From a virus (taxonomy: Duplodnaviria; Caudoviricetes), in the IMG/VR virus record IMGVR_UViG_3300000525_000005, positions 1-52,142 of that record: a stretch of DNA of 52,142 nt; one strand, 5' to 3'. Shown here piece by piece: positions 1 to 8,729 of the stretch. The notes below the pieces were generated by a model. That model saw only the letters and a program-made list of their open reading frames with translations, made no database searches and was not told where the DNA came from. Both the position numbers and the translations under genes were made by a program. Numbering within the stretch: position 1 is the first letter of the stretch; every line of letters starts with the position of its first letter.

Positions 1-183
1 GAGCCTTTAATGTGGAAGACTATGGAGGGTTATTTTATACAAATGACGGCTGAACTATTCAAAGAGTTTCAAGTTTTAATGATGCTAAATACTCAGCGTA
101 TTTATGAAAAAGCGGAATGGCATAAAGTAATGATGGGATCCATAGAGGATCCTTTAAGTTATGACTACTCTCAAAATTGGTAA
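1..183 (+). CDS. 3' end of DUF4376-like tail-fibre-associated protein (truncated by window)
   Basis: Frame 1 reads EPLMWKTMEGYFIQMT...AEWHK...DPLSYDYSQNW*; the WKTM...AExHK...DPxxYDYSxxW pattern resembles DUF4376 proteins; followed by a terminator. Confidence 0.6.
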   Translation, partial: EPLMWKTMEGYFIQMTAELFKEFQVLMMLNTQRIYEKAEWHKVMMGSIEDPLSYDYSQNW

Positions 184-196
184 ATGTATAAATAAG

Positions 197-222
197 AAAC
201 CCTCCTAGTGAGGGTTTTTTAT
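197..222 (+). terminator. Intrinsic terminator
   Basis: aaaccctc-ctagt-gagggttt followed by a T tract. Confidence 0.8.
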
Positions 223-234
223 TAGATAAATATT

Positions 235-753
235 ATGTACCAAGTAAGTATTACATATAGGATGTTATTTTATTCACGGGTATTTTATGGATTCTCTATG
301 AAACGAATTATACATAAACTGGGGCAAGGGAGAGCCTTCATATTTGGTTTACCAACAAAGAGTGTAGAGTTACTAAATGGTCTTTGTGCTTTCTTTTTCT
401 CAATGACGTTTCTAATAGCGGAAGCACTTACAAGCAGGTTTGAGATTTATAGAAACTTTATATATATAGACATGCCAGTAATTTGGATGGGTATGTTATT
501 AGTAAGTATTACACAGTTTAGGCTACTGTTTAGGGATACTCTTGAATCAAATATAGGTAGTGTTCTTATACTACGATTATCTTGTGTGGTGTGGTTTTCT
601 TGTGCTCTTCTATTTGGAGTTGATTCTCTTTTACTAAATACGGAATTTTTCACCTACTCTTCAATATCTTTTCTTTGTCTAATCGCTAGCTTAGAGCTTG
701 GCAATAGAAACAGTTACGAGGAATTACTAAGGAAAGAATGTAGGAATGATTAA
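235..753 (+). CDS. Multi-pass membrane protein, possibly lysis-related; true start may be ATG 298
   Basis: About 4 hydrophobic segments; coupled to the following holin-like genes and endolysin. Confidence 0.55.
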   Translation: MYQVSITYRMLFYSRVFYGFSMKRIIHKLGQGRAFIFGLPTKSVELLNGLCAFFFSMTFLIAEALTSRFEIYRNFIYIDMPVIWMGMLLVSITQFRLLFRDTLESNIGSVLILRLSCVVWFSCALLFGVDSLLLNTEFFTYSSISFLCLIASLELGNRNSYEELLRKECRND

Positions 754-1127
754 TGGAAATTTATATATTAGCAATGCAGGTATTTATAGTACCTCAAGTG
801 ATTGCTGGATTTGTAGGGGGCTTATTAGGTATAGCTTCCATTTTTAGGAGTAATAAGGAGTTATATGGTTTAGAGCTTACTATTATATTTAGTTTGTTTG
901 GAATTTTAGTAGCAGGTTCTGTAGCAGAATACGCTTTTATGGTTAAAGAATTAGATTCAGTTATTCTACATATCGTATTAGGATCCCTAACAGGATTATT
1001 AGGCTCTTCAGGTATTGATGCATTAAGATTAACAGCTCCTAAGTTCATGCAGGACTTAGTAGATGATACAGGCCAGTCTCTTATTAAAAGGATTCTGGTA
1101 TTTCTCAAATTAAGGAAAGATGAATGA
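753..1127 (+). CDS. Putative holin (3 TM, basic C-terminus)
   Basis: Three Gly-rich hydrophobic helices, tail KRILVFLKLRKDE, upstream of endolysin. Confidence 0.6.
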   Translation: MEIYILAMQVFIVPQVIAGFVGGLLGIASIFRSNKELYGLELTIIFSLFGILVAGSVAEYAFMVKELDSVILHIVLGSLTGLLGSSGIDALRLTAPKFMQDLVDDTGQSLIKRILVFLKLRKDE

Positions 1128-1318
1128 GTATGGTAAGTAATTGGAAAGAAGTATATAAGTCATACGCAGTGTTATTCCCTGCTGTGGCTGTAGCAGCTAT
1201 AAACATATTAGATGCTAGTGTTAGTGCTAACTTAGTACCAACGTCTTTAATTCCTGTTGTGGTTATATTTACAGGCGGTTTAGGTTGGGTCATTAGACAA
1301 AACAATATAAGGAAGTAA
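1124..1318 (+). CDS. Small holin-like membrane protein
   Basis: 64 aa, NWKEVYKSY start, 2 TM, ends IRQNNIRK; directly before endolysin. Confidence 0.6.
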   Translation: MSMVSNWKEVYKSYAVLFPAVAVAAINILDASVSANLVPTSLIPVVVIFTGGLGWVIRQNNIRK

Positions 1319-1319
1319 A

Positions 1320-1859
1320 ATGATTTTAGTTTCTGCTGGGCATTCAGATACTGACCCAGGTGCTGTGAACAAACATGATCGTAAAGAGGCTGATATAGCT
1401 CGTGATATGCGTAATATGGTTGCTCTATATCTTCGTAGAGATAGTAACTATAGAATTACGACTGATGGTATTAGTATGAACAACAAGCCATTAAGAGAAG
1501 CTGTACGATTAGTAGGTAAAGGGAAAGATGATATTGCTATTGAGTTTCATTGCAATGCCTTCCACAGTGAAGCTGCTAGGGGTACAGAGGCTCTTGCACA
1601 GTCAAAGGATAAAGAACTATCACAAATACTTTGTAAGGCTGTGTCAGAGGTTATGGACATTCCTGTACGTGGTAGTGATGGTGGTTGGAAGCATGAAGGC
1701 TCAGGTCAGCACAGTAGACTGGCTTTTGTTAGATCTGGTGGAATCATATTAGAACTATTTTTTATTACTAATCCATCTGAGTTAGCCACTTGGGATGCTA
1801 AGAAATGGTTAGTAGCAAAAAGAGTAGCAAAGGAAATCTTACTATTTGCTGATAAGTAG
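1320..1859 (+). CDS. Endolysin, N-acetylmuramoyl-L-alanine amidase (Amidase_3)
   Basis: SAGH..TDPGA, E, IEFHCNA and LELFFITN zinc-amidase motifs. Confidence 0.92.
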   Translation: MILVSAGHSDTDPGAVNKHDRKEADIARDMRNMVALYLRRDSNYRITTDGISMNNKPLREAVRLVGKGKDDIAIEFHCNAFHSEAARGTEALAQSKDKELSQILCKAVSEVMDIPVRGSDGGWKHEGSGQHSRLAFVRSGGIILELFFITNPSELATWDAKKWLVAKRVAKEILLFADK

Positions 1860-1893
1860 TTATAATATAATCTCTCCTGAGTTAGAATTAATT

Positions 1894-1926
1894 ATAAAGC
1901 CCATTCCTTGAAATGGGCTTTATTTT
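1894..1926. terminator. Bidirectional terminator between convergent units
   Basis: ataaagcccatt-ccttga-aatgggctttat, A/T tracts on both sides. Confidence 0.85.
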
Positions 1927-1942
1927 GTCTATAGTTTGAGTA

Positions 1943-2284
1943 TTACTGTACTGCTTCAGCACGAATACTGGTACGTACTTCATCTAATCTTTTAGTAGCA
2001 TGTCCGATAAACTCTTCATTCATATCCATATCCAACATACCAAGCATTGCAACAGCTACTTCAGTATTAAGCTCTTTATCATCTTCTTCCAAAATAGTAC
2101 GGATTAAAGCTGAGGTCATAAGTTTAATGACTTCACCTTTATTAGGACTGGCTACCCAAAACGATACTGGTTTATCTTCTTGTTTAACTAAAGAGATGAC
2201 AGTCATATTCAAATCTTTAGTTACAGCGATATCATCAAATGCACTTTCTAAATGGTCTAATAGTACTTCTTGTGTATTACTCAT
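1943..2284 (-). CDS. Hypothetical protein
   Basis: 113-aa ORF with RBS-like agagag. Confidence 0.65.
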   Translation of the reverse strand: MSNTQEVLLDHLESAFDDIAVTKDLNMTVISLVKQEDKPVSFWVASPNKGEVIKLMTSALIRTILEEDDKELNTEVAVAMLGMLDMDMNEEFIGHATKRLDEVRTSIRAEAVQ

Positions 2285-2314
2285 AATTATTTACTCTCTT
2301 CTTTGTTGGATGGT

Positions 2315-2950
2315 TTATACGTGCATTTCTTGTAGTTCGTCAATTAGAGACTGTGACCAGTTCTCATAACGGTGTTTCTCTGCTTCCATTTCAGGTAGGG
2401 TTTTCCATTCTGGTAAATGAATCTCTGAAGGATCAGGATCAACCATATCTGTAGAACTAAGCTCTATTGCATACACATAACCAGCATGCACTTGTCCTAC
2501 TTGGTTAGTATTATCCAATAAGAGTATATAATTCTCTATGAATTGAAATGGTTTAGTTAAATCAAGACGTAACTCTTCTTCAAGTTCACGCATGATACTT
2601 GGTGTTAGATTAAAGTTCTTCAAATCAATGTCACCAATATCTACATGCCCACCAAAACCACACGACAAAGAACCATGCAGACGATCTTCAGCACCTTTAG
2701 CTCTAGAGTAAGTTAGGATTTGATCACCACAACTGATCAGTACATAGGGAAGAACTTGAGGAAGTTGTTGAGCAATCCTGAATAGATCAGGATTTTTACT
2801 ATCTGCTACTTCACGAGAAAGAAAATGAAAATGTTTTTCGTCTACTTCAGCCATATTAAAGTCATAGACATTATTACCTTTAATTTTAGGAGGCATACCA
2901 ATTACTTCACTAAAAGATTTGCGTGTTACACATAATACTGGATTCATCAT
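2315..2950 (-). CDS. Nudix-family hydrolase (COG4112/YmaB-like)
   Basis: QVLPYV, RLHGSLSCGFGGHVD, RELEEEL Nudix box, VGQVH, ENWS. Confidence 0.8.
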   Translation of the reverse strand: MMNPVLCVTRKSFSEVIGMPPKIKGNNVYDFNMAEVDEKHFHFLSREVADSKNPDLFRIAQQLPQVLPYVLISCGDQILTYSRAKGAEDRLHGSLSCGFGGHVDIGDIDLKNFNLTPSIMRELEEELRLDLTKPFQFIENYILLLDNTNQVGQVHAGYVYAIELSSTDMVDPDPSEIHLPEWKTLPEMEAEKHRYENWSQSLIDELQEMHV

Positions 2951-3177
2951 TAATATTTTACCTTTGATTTGGCAACTCGTTGCCTGTTAAATGATATTAG
3001 CTCATCTACTTTTGAAGCATAAGCTAATGCGTCTTCTTTACAATGAATGACTTCATTGTTAAGTGTAATCCAACCTTTACCTCTATCAGTAAATACGGCA
3101 ACCAGTTCTCCGTTACCTACAATGATATTATCCTGTCCTGGAAATTGATCGTATTTAGCTGGATCTCTATGCCACAT
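2950..3177 (-). CDS. Hypothetical protein
   Basis: 75-aa ORF with GGAG RBS, coupled to the Nudix gene. Confidence 0.65.
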   Translation of the reverse strand: MWHRDPAKYDQFPGQDNIIVGNGELVAVFTDRGKGWITLNNEVIHCKEDALAYASKVDELISFNRQRVAKSKVKY

Positions 3178-3246
3178 AAACCTAACTCCAATGTAAACAA
3201 AAGTAATGTGAAGTTAGCACATACCTTGTTACAGAGGGGTTTTTAG

Positions 3247-3990
3247 TTACTTATTTAAGGCTAAGCTTAAGTGTTCCTTTAAATCAGACGTAGAAAGTCC
3301 ATTAGGTAGGGTTATAGGCGTTGCCCATGAAGGGTGATACAGATCCATCTCAGATTCTAGTTTGACCTTGTCATGGGCGATCTCAGGAAGTTCTTGCCAG
3401 CTCATTTCTTCTATCAAATTGTCATTGACCCATTTAAGTACATGTAGGTCATCTTTAATCATTAAATAGATAGCATCATGAATCAAAGAGACGGGGAATA
3501 TATCATAACGATATTCAGATACCCAGACCTTCTCCATGAACGCTACAGCAGCTCTATTATTCAATAGGCCATAACTCTGACCTGAGATAGCATTACCTAC
3601 GCTACGAGCCTCTGAGGAGCTTATAGTAGCTGTAGCACTATTACCTAGAATAGATCTGGCTAGTACAGGGGTTCTTACCCTTAAGCCAAATGCTACAGTG
3701 GCATATCCCAACTCACAGCACTCTTGTAGTTTACGAGCAGTCCAATCAGCAGACTCTTTATAGAGTGTGTGATAATTCTGAAAGATGGACTTGGATTCAT
3801 ACTCTGTAAAACCACAATTCTTCATAAGTCCTATGTGGGATCCTCCGTACGTAAGTAAAAAGGTAGGTTCTTTAGAAGCATCACGTACACTTTTAGAGTC
3901 CTTAACAATGCTGTTGATCTGGGATACGTTATATTCTTTGAGAGAGATTTCATTGATGGAATTAATATCACCTGTAATGAGAATCTCCAT
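3247..3990 (-). CDS. DNA polymerase family A, C-terminal subunit (motifs B and C)
   Basis: RDASKEPTFLLTYGG (motif B), AFGLRVRTP, NAISGQSYG, LIHDAIY (motif C); own AAGGAG RBS. Confidence 0.92.
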   Translation of the reverse strand: MEILITGDINSINEISLKEYNVSQINSIVKDSKSVRDASKEPTFLLTYGGSHIGLMKNCGFTEYESKSIFQNYHTLYKESADWTARKLQECCELGYATVAFGLRVRTPVLARSILGNSATATISSSEARSVGNAISGQSYGLLNNRAAVAFMEKVWVSEYRYDIFPVSLIHDAIYLMIKDDLHVLKWVNDNLIEEMSWQELPEIAHDKVKLESEMDLYHPSWATPITLPNGLSTSDLKEHLSLALNK

Positions 3991-3992
3991 AA

Positions 3993-4292
3993 TTATGTCT
4001 CCTTATCAAAACTACCCGTTAAAGGGATGACATCATAGTGAACCATACCATTATTAGTAAAGTCCTCTAAAGTGGTGGCATTACGGACAGAAGTAAGAAT
4101 ACGTTGAGCATACTCTGTTTCTTTAATGGCCCACTTATAATGTATATCATTAGAGAGGGTTTCAATTTCTTGTTCAAGACTAGTTATTAAATTATTTTGA
4201 ATGATATCAAAAGCAGTAGATGAATAAGCAGTCATTGCTGGTGATTGAATTTCTGTGTACTGGTCATACGTACCGTAGTGAATTATTTGCAT
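3993..4292 (-). CDS. Hypothetical protein within the polymerase insert
   Basis: 99-aa ORF coupled to neighbours. Confidence 0.6.
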   Translation of the reverse strand: MQIIHYGTYDQYTEIQSPAMTAYSSTAFDIIQNNLITSLEQEIETLSNDIHYKWAIKETEYAQRILTSVRNATTLEDFTNNGMVHYDVIPLTGSFDKET

Positions 4293-4756
4293 TAGGTTTC
4301 CCTATAGTAGAATTTATTTTCACATTCAATACAGTGAAGATAATTCATTTGTGAGCAATCAGATTGTGGTACAACATCATTAGGAAGATTACAGTGAGGG
4401 CAGTAAGCTACTAAGCAACTGTCAGCTACTTTATACTGGTTTAAAACCAGCATTTGATTGTACAGATTAGAAGTTTCTGATTCTACATAATCTTTACCAC
4501 AGTTTATAGGAGTATCCCCATAATGAGATGTATGAAAACCAATTATCCAATGATCATTAGGTATATCATCATGTATTACTTCTTCTCTCATGTCTGAAGA
4601 GATACTAGACCAATTAAGGCCACCATGGACTGATACAGGGATATGCTCACAACTAACACCATACCAAGGACTAGATGGCGGCAAGACTAAGTAACCATTA
4701 CCCCATCCCTGTTCCCTATGAGTATTCCATGTATTTTCTACAATGAAAGTTTTCAT
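4292..4756 (-). CDS. Conserved phage hypothetical protein with C-terminal zinc ribbon
   Basis: GNGY..LP, VHGGL, WIIGFHTSH..D motifs then CPHC...CIEC; start revised to ATG 4756 (ATGA overlap). Confidence 0.7.
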   Translation of the reverse strand: MKTFIVENTWNTHREQGWGNGYLVLPPSSPWYGVSCEHIPVSVHGGLNWSSISSDMREEVIHDDIPNDHWIIGFHTSHYGDTPINCGKDYVESETSNLYNQMLVLNQYKVADSCLVAYCPHCNLPNDVVPQSDCSQMNYLHCIECENKFYYRET

Positions 4757-4920
4757 GGCTGATCCCCGTATACAAAGCATTCAATATTCTCAGTGAACAT
4801 TCTAATGTCCTCATTATTAAAAGATTCCATGGCTTTATCTTTTGCCTCATCTTCAGTATCAGCATAAATAATGATAGTTCCTTCTTTATTCTCTGATATT
4901 AATACTTCATACTTATTCAT
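4753..4920 (-). CDS. DpnD/PcfM-like small protein, copy 3 (not in ORF track)
   Basis: MNKYEVLISENKEGTIIIYADTEDEAKDKAMESFNNEDI... 55 aa; GGAG RBS; ATGA overlaps at both ends. Confidence 0.7.
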   Translation of the reverse strand: MNKYEVLISENKEGTIIIYADTEDEAKDKAMESFNNEDIRMFTENIECFVYGDQP

Positions 4921-5093
4921 GATTCATCTCCTAGAATAAAGAATTCAACATGCTGGAAATCACCAGAGTCTAAGACATACTTCTCATCAGACCACTCATT
5001 TGAAACCATGTTCCAAGCTTCATCCCTTGATTCTGCTTCAATTTCCACTGTCTTTGAAGAAGTCTCTTCAATTAATACTGTATATGTTTTCAT
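4917..5093 (-). CDS. DpnD/PcfM-like small protein, copy 2 (not in ORF track)
   Basis: MKTYTVLIEETSSKTVEIEAESRDEAWNMVSNEWSDEKYVLDSGDFQHVEF... 58 aa; close to my recollection of the DpnD/PcfM consensus. Confidence 0.75.
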   Translation of the reverse strand: MKTYTVLIEETSSKTVEIEAESRDEAWNMVSNEWSDEKYVLDSGDFQHVEFFILGDES

Positions 5094-5096
5094 ATT

Positions 5097-5276
5097 TTAA
5101 TTGCCTTCTTCATTAATTAAAGTCACATTTCCACCATCATACGTAGCTTCCCTTAAATCCATATTAAAAGTATCTTGGTATGTTTGAGCATCATCATAAG
5201 CTTCTTCCGCAGAGTTAGCAGAAAATGTTCGTTCTACATTCCAAGTTTCTGATATTTTAAAAGTATATGTTTTCAT
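5097..5276 (-). CDS. DpnD/PcfM-like small protein, copy 1
   Basis: MKTYTFKISETWNVERTFSANSAEEAYDDA...; start revised to ATG 5276 behind AAAGGA. Confidence 0.65.
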   Translation of the reverse strand: MKTYTFKISETWNVERTFSANSAEEAYDDAQTYQDTFNMDLREATYDGGNVTLINEEGN

Positions 5277-5293
5277 ACTGTTTCCTTTTATGT

Positions 5294-5833
5294 TTAAGTA
5301 TCTGAGTATTTCCATATAAAATTACCAGCAGTTTTTAATTTACCTTTGGCACACTTAACAATAGATGGATGAGTAACACCTGTCCTTTCTGATGCAATAG
5401 TTATAGAAGCATAGGAATCTATATACTCACTATCTAAAGTGTACTGACTAACGCTACGAACAGGGTAGCTAACAGTAGATTGAATTTTAGAGCTATTACG
5501 ATTATCCCAATAAAGGTTATCTGCATGTATGTTATGTAAATTACCATCAATATAGGTTAGGTACTTATAGCTATAGGGGTTATCCATAAACTGTTCAGCT
5601 ACCAAATGGGCTACCTTTTCGCTTGATGATTTACCTAAGTAATAAAGATGAACCCTAGGAAACTTACCTGTAAAGTCTAGTTTCCTAGAATTACCATAGA
5701 AGTTAGGTGAAATAGACCTCATCTCACCGTTACGATTAATGGCATAAGCAATGGTGTACCTTTTAACATGGTAAAACTGATCGTCAGGATGTACCTGACT
5801 ATTGGTAAAATTAACGGGTCTAGAAATTATCAT
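5294..5833 (-). CDS. Free-standing HNH-NUMOD1 homing endonuclease, apparently degenerate
   Basis: VAHLVAEQF..NP, LTYIDGNLHNIHADNLYW (Y where HNH has H); C-terminal VSQYTLD..YASI..AS...KTAGNFIWKY NUMOD1. Confidence 0.8.
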   Translation of the reverse strand: MIISRPVNFTNSQVHPDDQFYHVKRYTIAYAINRNGEMRSISPNFYGNSRKLDFTGKFPRVHLYYLGKSSSEKVAHLVAEQFMDNPYSYKYLTYIDGNLHNIHADNLYWDNRNSSKIQSTVSYPVRSVSQYTLDSEYIDSYASITIASERTGVTHPSIVKCAKGKLKTAGNFIWKYSDT

Positions 5834-8105
5834 TTTATATCCTTAAACTTGTTATAGAATTCAATGGCACTATAAGTAGTACCATCATGATTTATAGTGT
5901 CTGTATCTTTAAAGGATAAGCCATTCACTTCAAAGCAGCGTTCTGTAGTAGCTTGTTGGACATTAGGAAGTTTATCAGGCCAATAGGTATGTGCTCTAAG
6001 AGCATGGCCGTCATACCCGTCAATGTAGACTTTTATCTTATTTTTATCTTTAGTTAGTAGAGCATTGATTCTATCTTCTACAATTATGTTCGCTACAGTT
6101 CGTTAGGTTGTAACCGTGGGCTAACCACTGCTATACGTCACCACATAGTTCAGACTATATCTTCACCTTCAGCATTACCTGTTTAGGTGTCCTCCGCTTC
6201 GGATCACTTGACCCTACTCCCCAATGGGATAGTCGTTAAACGTCCAAGTACTTAGTACAAGTTTCGCTTGGTATTGTCTCGTTGAGAGTTCTACCAAATT
6301 CAAAGGATTTAACACAATACATTTCTGTACTGTTCGCCTAGATTTAAGCTAGAGAAATCAGCTCCTACGAATAAATAACCCTTTGGGGGTTTAAAGCAGG
6401 ATTTAACCGCTTTTCCATATTTACTCCCTCCAGATGGTAAATTCTGAAGGTTAATCTTAGAGCTAGACATCCTACCAGAAAGTGTACCGTTGAGATTGAA
6501 GTTACCATGTAAGTAATGCCATCCACCTTTTTTAAATGATTCCTTGAATGCTGGTATGAAAGTGCTAAGAATCTTATCAACTTGGCTTAAGTTAATTAGA
6601 GACTCAAGTAATTCCTTAATCTCATCATCCTTAGTATGATTAATGAGCTTGGCTAGTATCTTAGCACCAGTAGCAGGATTCTTGGTAGGGGTGAAGTCAA
6701 TCTCAGGTAATTGTAATACCTCATAAAGAAGTACTTGTAATTGGTTAGGACTGCTAGGATTGAAAACCATATCATTAACCTTATCCATACCATGTACTTT
6801 GGTTTTTAGTTTAGAGTTAATATCTGCAAGAGCATTAACTTGTATAGTATGAATAGCATCTTTGGTATATTTACTATCTAAGACAATATCTAGATTCTGA
6901 TTACTTAAATTTAATAAGTAGGCTTCAGTTTCTTTAACTTGACCCATATCAATAGGCATACCCATTAGCTCCATCTGAACGATAAGCTTAATACTAGGTA
7001 ACATAATTTCTTCATAGATCCCTAACTGATCATCTTTGAGCATCATAGGATAGTACTTGTTGAATACATAATAAGTAGCTACACAGTCTTCTACATTATA
7101 AATTAGTAATTCATCTACTGGTATTTTAGAGATATCAGTAACATCAATACCCCAATTACCCATGTAAGGTTGGGCTAGTACTTTTAAACCAAGTTCATTA
7201 CCTGCTGTAGTATTGGTAGCTAAGTAAGCAATAATCTTAGTGTCGTGTATGTTCTTACACATAACGTCTAGTCCATGAAGCATACCTCTATAGTCTAGTG
7301 GATGTTTCATAAAACAGTTAAAGATAATCTGTTTGATATCAAAAGTTGCATTATGATAGATAACCTTACCGGTATATCTTTCAAAGAATCTCTTAATAAG
7401 GGTATGAATTTTACTGGTGTCATAAGCTTTATGTTTAATATGGGCTGATAGTCCAGACCTCTCATTCCATGCAAATGCAATAGAACCTAAACCACCTTCA
7501 TTAAGTTTTAAGCCATAAGTCTCAACATCACAAGTGATTGTAGGTTTGTTATGTAAGCCGTCTAAGGCCAGTTGAAAGGCTTCAAGGTCAGTATTCTGAT
7601 AGTACTGAGGGTCTAACAGAACATCTTCACCTAGAGGTACTAGAGTACCATTGATATGATTGGCTAATGTCTCAATAGACATATCAATTTTATGAATCTG
7701 ATTTGGATTATGTAAAAGTACACCGTAATTTAAACCATAACAAATAGATATATGAGTGAATCCTTTAACTGAGCAAGGTAATACATATCCTGTATGTTGT
7801 TCTGCTTTACGCTCACCAGTTAATACTTTGAAGTAAGCAGCATCAGCTACAAAGACTGTAGTGATACCTAGTTTAACTAAAGCTGGTAATAGGTAGGAGA
7901 GGTATTTTTTGGCTTGTGTAGCAGTAACCTTGTCGTTAGGGTAATGTAAATCAAATGCAATTAATTGATCTAAAGCAACTCCTAACTTTACAAGTGGGTC
8001 TACGTAATAGTTCTTAATCTTATCTGGTTTAAAGTATTTCTCTTTGATAAGAATAGCCACTTGGTATTCTTCTTCTAAGTTTCCTGCAAAAGTAGCATGA
8101 TTCAT
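5830..8105 (-). CDS. DNA polymerase family A, N-terminal subunit; exons 8105-6347 and 6080-5830, 669 aa spliced
   Basis: Exonuclease motifs CDVET, HNATFD, YNVED; TLSGRMSS; splicing restores GADFSSLEDRINALL...GYDGH (motif A). Confidence 0.9.
6081..6346 (-). ncRNA. ORF-less group I intron (266 nt) in DNA polymerase
   Basis: 5' exon ends in U, intron starts UAA and ends G; R element aacGACUAu and S element AAGAUAUAGUC; P1 GCU|UA with UAGGC; P10 UCUA with UAGA; removal restores the frame. Confidence 0.92.
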
Positions 8106-8112
8106 AATAATC

Positions 8113-8553
8113 CTAAAGTAATGAGTTAAGTAATTGCTCCCTAATAATGTCTCTTATTTCCTCTACAGAGTCAGGTAATTTACAATCACTCTCTGGGTAA
8201 ATAACACCTTCTAGGAAATAATGAGCATCCTTGGGGAACAGAGTATACAGATCTGAAGCTGTACTATCTCTTAAGAAATCAAATAATAAGTATTGAAGTT
8301 TCTTGTAAGAGTCCTCAATTTCAATATTATTAGTAGAGGTAGAATCAAACCATGACCTAAGATCTTTATGAAGGGGTTTAACAGATAATCCTTTAATAAG
8401 GATATAAGTTTTCCCACCATAAAAATAATTAGGGGATCCTGATTGTTCTTTTTGAGCTGAGTAAATAGATTGATACTGGTGGGTTATTTCTTTACGAGAC
8501 TGCTTAAATATAGAGGATAATATAATCATTAGAAAGGGTTTAGGCTTACTCAT
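8113..8553 (-). CDS. Hypothetical protein upstream of polymerase
   Basis: 146-aa ORF with AAGGA RBS. Confidence 0.7.
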   Translation of the reverse strand: MSKPKPFLMIILSSIFKQSRKEITHQYQSIYSAQKEQSGSPNYFYGGKTYILIKGLSVKPLHKDLRSWFDSTSTNNIEIEDSYKKLQYLLFDFLRDSTASDLYTLFPKDAHYFLEGVIYPESDCKLPDSVEEIRDIIREQLLNSLL

Positions 8554-8572
8554 AGTATTTCCTTATAAGCAC

Positions 8573-8608
8573 AAAAAAGTCCCTTATATATATATAATAT
8601 AAGAGACT
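8573..8608 (-). terminator. Intrinsic terminator with TA-rich loop
   Basis: Minus strand agtctcttata...tataagggact followed by ttttt. Confidence 0.7.
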
Positions 8609-8628
8609 ATAAGTAACTAGTTCCTTCC

Positions 8629-8656
8629 GTACACAAGTACTGACGTACTTGTGTAC
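8629..8656. repeat. Perfect 12-bp inverted repeat, loop GTCA on the minus strand
   Basis: gtacacaagtac-tgac-gtacttgtgtac. Confidence 0.9.
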
Positions 8657-8729
8657 TGCTAATAGAGACTAGTATAGGGTAGTGGTGTTGGGGTTAAGGT
8701 TATGTTTTTTGAGTGGAAGAGACAAATGC

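Noticed and set aside
3991-5829. Second intron spanning the polymerase insert
   Set aside because: No R/S (P7) elements recognised, and the downstream half has its own strong RBS
5830-5940. Split intein joining the polymerase halves (tail contains CFEV...DT.I..DG)
   Set aside because: The C-terminal ORF leader has no HN followed by C/S/T and is too short to complete a HINT fold; no intervening ORF looks like an intein C-fragment
6309-6346. Predicted C-terminus NLGEQYRNVLC and a pseudogene reading of the polymerase
   Set aside because: This is read-through into the intron; splicing restores the frame
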